From: Anthoceros angustus | Taxonomy: Eukaryota > Plantae > Anthocerotophyta | DNA: 64,000 bases | Direction: 5' to 3' | Assembly: GCA_010909165.1 (NCBI GenBank) | Contig: VJWM01000103.1 | Coordinates: 620,001 to 684,000, forward strand | In this document: positions 59,845-64,000 of the stretch, in pieces | How positions within the stretch are numbered: the first letter of the stretch is position 1 | Layout of the letters: every line of letters begins with the position of its first letter | Program-made: the position numbers and the translations under genes | The notes under the pieces: model-generated | Databases searched by the model: none | What the model saw: only the letters and a program-made list of their open reading frames with translations | Told to the model about the DNA's origin: nothing

Positions 59845-62531
59845 ATGGCAGCGAGACATGCAGCCATGGCGCGCCAGTGGGCGGGCCTGAAGCCCTCTGT
59901 GTTCATGCCTTCACGCAGCAGCTGTAGCACAGTCCGTTTTCGTCTCTCCTTTCCCGACTCCCACCACAACGTGACACAGGCTGGCGAAATTGTCGCCAGC
60001 TTGCGTGATTCCCCCTTGACTCTAGGTCTCTAACCGTCCTCCAGTTCAAGGATATGGGCTACCTTTTTCTTGCTGGATGTCTTGTTCCGAATTTCTGCCG
60101 TTTTTGTTCTGAAATTTGGGACATCGCTTTTGATTTAGATGCAAACATCTCAGACGGAACACCGAGCTTGCTGTCCACCTCAGTAGAGTATCCTCGGGAA
60201 AAATCGGCCAACGGAAGCTTGCTGGATGGTGGGTCTGTGGACGAATGCAACGAGTCAACAGTAAGCATCACTGTAGTTGGCGCCTCTGGAGACTTGGCCA
60301 AGAAGAAAATTTTTCCAGCACTTTTTGCCCTCTACTCTGAGGGGTGCTTGTCAAAGGTCTGTGCATCTTCGATGCTGTATTTCTTGAAAAGAGAACGCAT
60401 GATCGTTTGCGAACTGTACTTTTGCTTGCAAGTCGTCCAGGACCTGCATATTCAACTGCATGTGCAAACCGATGTTGATGTGTTTTCCTGCCTGATCAAT
60501 CGTATGCAGCACTTCACAATTTATGGATATGCACGAAGCAAGCTTACGGAGGCCGAGTTTCGAAGCATCATCGGTGGCACGCTCAAGTGTAGTGTCAGCC
60601 ATAGGTGACTAGCTGGATGACCTCTGTTTGCGCTTACTTGAGCTGTGTGAGAACGGTGTCACATGGGGCCTCCTGAGTTCGTTGCTTAGTTATTCTGTTG
60701 GTGGCAAGTTTTTACAGTGAGAGCTGCGAGGAGAAGATGAAGGACTTTTTGTCACGATGCTTTTATTTGTCTGGCCAGTATGATTCCGAGAACAGCTTCA
60801 GGCAACTAAATAGCCAACTACAAAAGCATGAGGTAGACCTCGTTTCTGGTGGTTGATTCTTGGAGGCTGTTTCCTCTTTAGAGACTTGTATTTGAGAACA
60901 TGACAAGCCGCTTTTCAAGGTTGATGTGTTTGAGGAGGTATGGGTCTCCAATGCTTCTGTCTGTTACACAATATGAAAGTGTGCTGTCCTGTATGTGTAG
61001 GGTGGCAGGGTATCGAATAGACTATTCTATATGTCGATTCCGCCAAACATCTTTGTTGATGTAGCACGATGTGCAAGTGAATACACCTCATCTTCTAAAG
61101 GCTGGACTCGTGTTATAGTGGAGAAACCCTTTGGACGTGACTCTGAATCTTCAGCAGAGCTAACAAGAGGCCTCAAGCAGCATCTAGCAGAAGATCAGAT
61201 ATATAGGTGGGTGGTGCTCTTCTGACTATTGTTGAGTTGGTTCTAAAACACAGGGATGAGCTTGGCTGCTCTGTTCCAACGTTGTAGTACGTTCAGCACT
61301 TGACGAGATTGTGAACTGTTTTTCCACGCTGCAGGATTGACCACTACTTGGGAAAGGAGTTGGTTGAGAACCTCTCAATTCTGCGGTTTTCTAACCTTGT
61401 TTTTGAGCCTTTATGGTCAAGGCAGTACATTCGGAATGTCCAATTCATCTTTTCTGAGGATTTTGGCACTGAGGGACGTGGAGGGTAATGGTCTGAACAC
61501 CCATGCACAACAGCTCTCACAATCAAAAGCTAACTAGATGCCTCTGCAGCTATTTTGACAATTACGGCATAATTCGGGATATCATGCAAAATCACTTGCT
61601 CCAAATACTCGCCTTGTTTGCCATGGAACCGCCAGTGAGCTTGGATGCAGAGGACGTGAGAAATGAGAAGGTGTGTGATTCGCTAGTGTGTTTCCCTTAA
61701 ATTAATCCAGTGCACTCCACTTAACCCGCTGATTTGTCTTGCATTGGTCGGCAGGTGAAGGTACTGAGGTCGATGAGGCCATTAGGTCTGGAAGACATCG
61801 TTATCGGCCAGTACAAGGGTCATGCAAGGGGCGGAGTGAAATATCCTGCCTATCTAGACGATGTAACTGTTCCCAGCAACAGCTCGACGGCTACGTTTGC
61901 TGCAGCAGCTCTCTTCATCGACAATGCAAGGTGGGATGGAGTCCCTTTCTTGATGAAAGCGGGAAAAGCTCTGCATAACAAGCGGTAAGGTCAAGACGCG
62001 GTTGACCAGTGTCCGTTGAGCAAACTCTTATTCGTCATGACGAGGACTCATCAGCTCCCTGGCTATGCTGCCAGGGCCGAAATCCGAGTGCAGTTTAGGC
62101 ATGTTCCTGGAAACATATATAAGAGGAGCTTCGGCACCGACTTAGACCAGGCAACCAACGAGCTGGTGATCCGAGTCCAGCCGGATGAGGCCATCTATTT
62201 GAAGATCAACAACAAGATCCCGGGGCTGGGCATGAGACTAGACCGGAGCAACCTCAACCTTCACTACGCTGACAGATACTCGGGCGAGATTCCTGATGCC
62301 TACGAGCGACTGTTGCTGGACGCCATCGAAGGGGAGCGGCGCCTTTTCATCAGAAGCGACGAGCTGGATGCCGCCTGGGCCATCTTCACTCCCTTGCTGA
62401 ACGAGTTGGAGTCCAAGCGGGTGGCACCGGAGCTCTACCCTTACGGCAGCCGAGGCCCCGCCGGAGCTCACTACCTTGCTGCCAAGTACAAGGTGAGATG
62501 GGGCGATGTTGACACCGAAGCAGCGCAGTGA
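59845..62531 (+). CDS. G6PD: Plastidic glucose-6-phosphate 1-dehydrogenase
   Basis: Transit peptide, [28 protein letters not shown] and RWDGVPF. The redox Cys pair is retained ([12 protein letters not shown]). Confidence 0.97.
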
Positions 62532-63544
62532 GTCTCATTCCTTCATTTTTCTTGAAGATCCGGTTACGGGATGCCATAGGCGCAAGGAATTGCATAGACG
62601 CAGACGACGCTCTTCAATTGTTGAAGTTCCAACATCTCGTGCTGTCATGTTGATATCTAAGACATCAACATGTGAGTCCGGTCTCCAGAAGCTTAGCCAT
62701 TTAGAGATTGTAACAGACAATCCATCGTCCGCATCAGGCGATATAGATGCTCAGCTTGGTCATATCACGCACAGCGAAGCCAGTCGCGTTGCTGGTCGCA
62801 AACATGAGCTGCAGGATCTAGCGGCCGGCTGCGAGAGTGTCCACAGAAGCGTCCGCAGTCAGAGATCAAGTCACATGATATGGAGTGTTTTGAGGTGGTC
62901 TAGAAAATCCTAGATCTTCGACCCGTGGGTAAATATTTTAGGACTTTTTAGCAGGAAAGATAAATTGTGTTTATAGTTGAAAGTTTTAATTAGTGGTTTT
63001 TGTGACAGATTTTTCGTTATAATGGACTCATATCCCGCGGTGTTCTAGAATCAATGTTGATCCCAATTCCAACAACGAGGGTCAGAGGATCAGGCGAGTC
63101 CATTGTAGATTAGAGTTGTGGATACATATTGAGTCAGCTGGTAGGAGCTCGATCGTCCACTGAGCAAGCTTCCTCGGGCAAGCAGATTGTACGTGCAGCA
63201 CTCCACTCTGACCACTGCAAGTGCTTTTAACCGGCGTTCCTAGATGACATCGGCTTCAATTTCGATTACGCGTTGGGTGGTGCATCGAAGTAGCTTTGAT
63301 GACCACGGAAGTATGCTGGTTGGGATGTCAGTTACCATATAAAGGTCCGAGGACGTAAAACAATACCATATACGTCTAGGACTCTAATAATTTACAGGAA
63401 GTAGTTACCATTCCATTGGAGGAACTACCATAGATATGGAGGGTGCTCTACGAGCCTGTGCAAGAGTGACACTTTGTACGTTCTCTTCAAGCTTGCTTCC
63501 CGCGCAGCCGTGAACTGTACACAGCCTCTTCAAAAGATAGTCCT

Positions 63545-63953
63545 TCACAGGCTGGACATGGAATAGTCGAGAGCATCCACAAGGAAGTCTGCAGTACAGA
63601 GGCAGTATAGGTCACAGTTCTATAGTAGAGGTCGAGTTTCAGAGCTCTGCTGCAAAGAAAGAGACGAGGAAGACGTTACCAGCATCTGCTACAGTGAAGC
63701 ACATTGGTGGCTTTATCCGGAAGACATTTCCATGGAGTCCTCCCTTACCTACCAACACACCAATATCTGCAAAGACAGAACAGGCCAGTCAGTTAAGCAC
63801 CAGCAGCCAAATTGGATCACCCAGCACATGTAAACCTACCTTTCATCTTCTCAAAAAGAGTAAGCGTTTCTGCCTTTGCTGGGGTTTTCAGCTGCCTGTC
63901 AGTGACAAGCTCCACCCCCAACATCAAACCTCTGCCTCTGACGTGTCCAATAA
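63545..63953 (-). CDS. AGT2: Alanine-glyoxylate aminotransferase 2 (class III aminotransferase), last three exons
   Basis: Exons 63953-63840, 63766-63680 and 63588-63545 give [67 protein letters not shown]. The gene continues beyond the window and is missed by the ORF track. Confidence 0.93.
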
Positions 63954-64000
63954 CTGCACCATAGAATAAAAGATGAGATGAAAGTATTAGACCAGCTATG

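Overview
Eukaryotic nuclear DNA from a compact, fairly GC-rich land-plant genome. Introns are mostly 70-130 bp GT-AG, and the genes encode plastid-targeted proteins, AP2/ERF, a CYP86-clan P450 and a DUF1685 protein. A seed-free plant such as a hornwort or lycophyte is my inference; I cannot confirm it. Two gene-dense blocks flank a ~16 kb island of degenerate transposon and repeat sequence (~29.2-45.6 kb). Left block: the 5' end of a possible CHD3/CHR4-type gene, an unknown plastid membrane protein, mitochondrial bL28, an intact intronless 1046-aa ZNF862/hAT-like ORF, a conserved plant unknown protein, a plastid J-domain-ferredoxin protein, a DREB2-type factor, an ASPM homolog and a DUF1685 protein. 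Right block: type I DnaJ, an NTF2/SnoaL-like orphan, a CYP86-clan P450, tRNA-Arg(UCG), PIG-S, plastid G6PDH and the 3' end of AGT2. The best novelty candidate is the 1046-aa ORF. It looks like a domesticated hAT transposase with a duplicated zinc finger, a broken CxxH motif, no visible TIRs and a dipeptide-repeat N-terminus. Next are the intronless DUF4440/SnoaL-like gene and two unidentified element families, each present as two diverged copies with conserved peptides. All family calls come from manual motif recognition; no searches were run.
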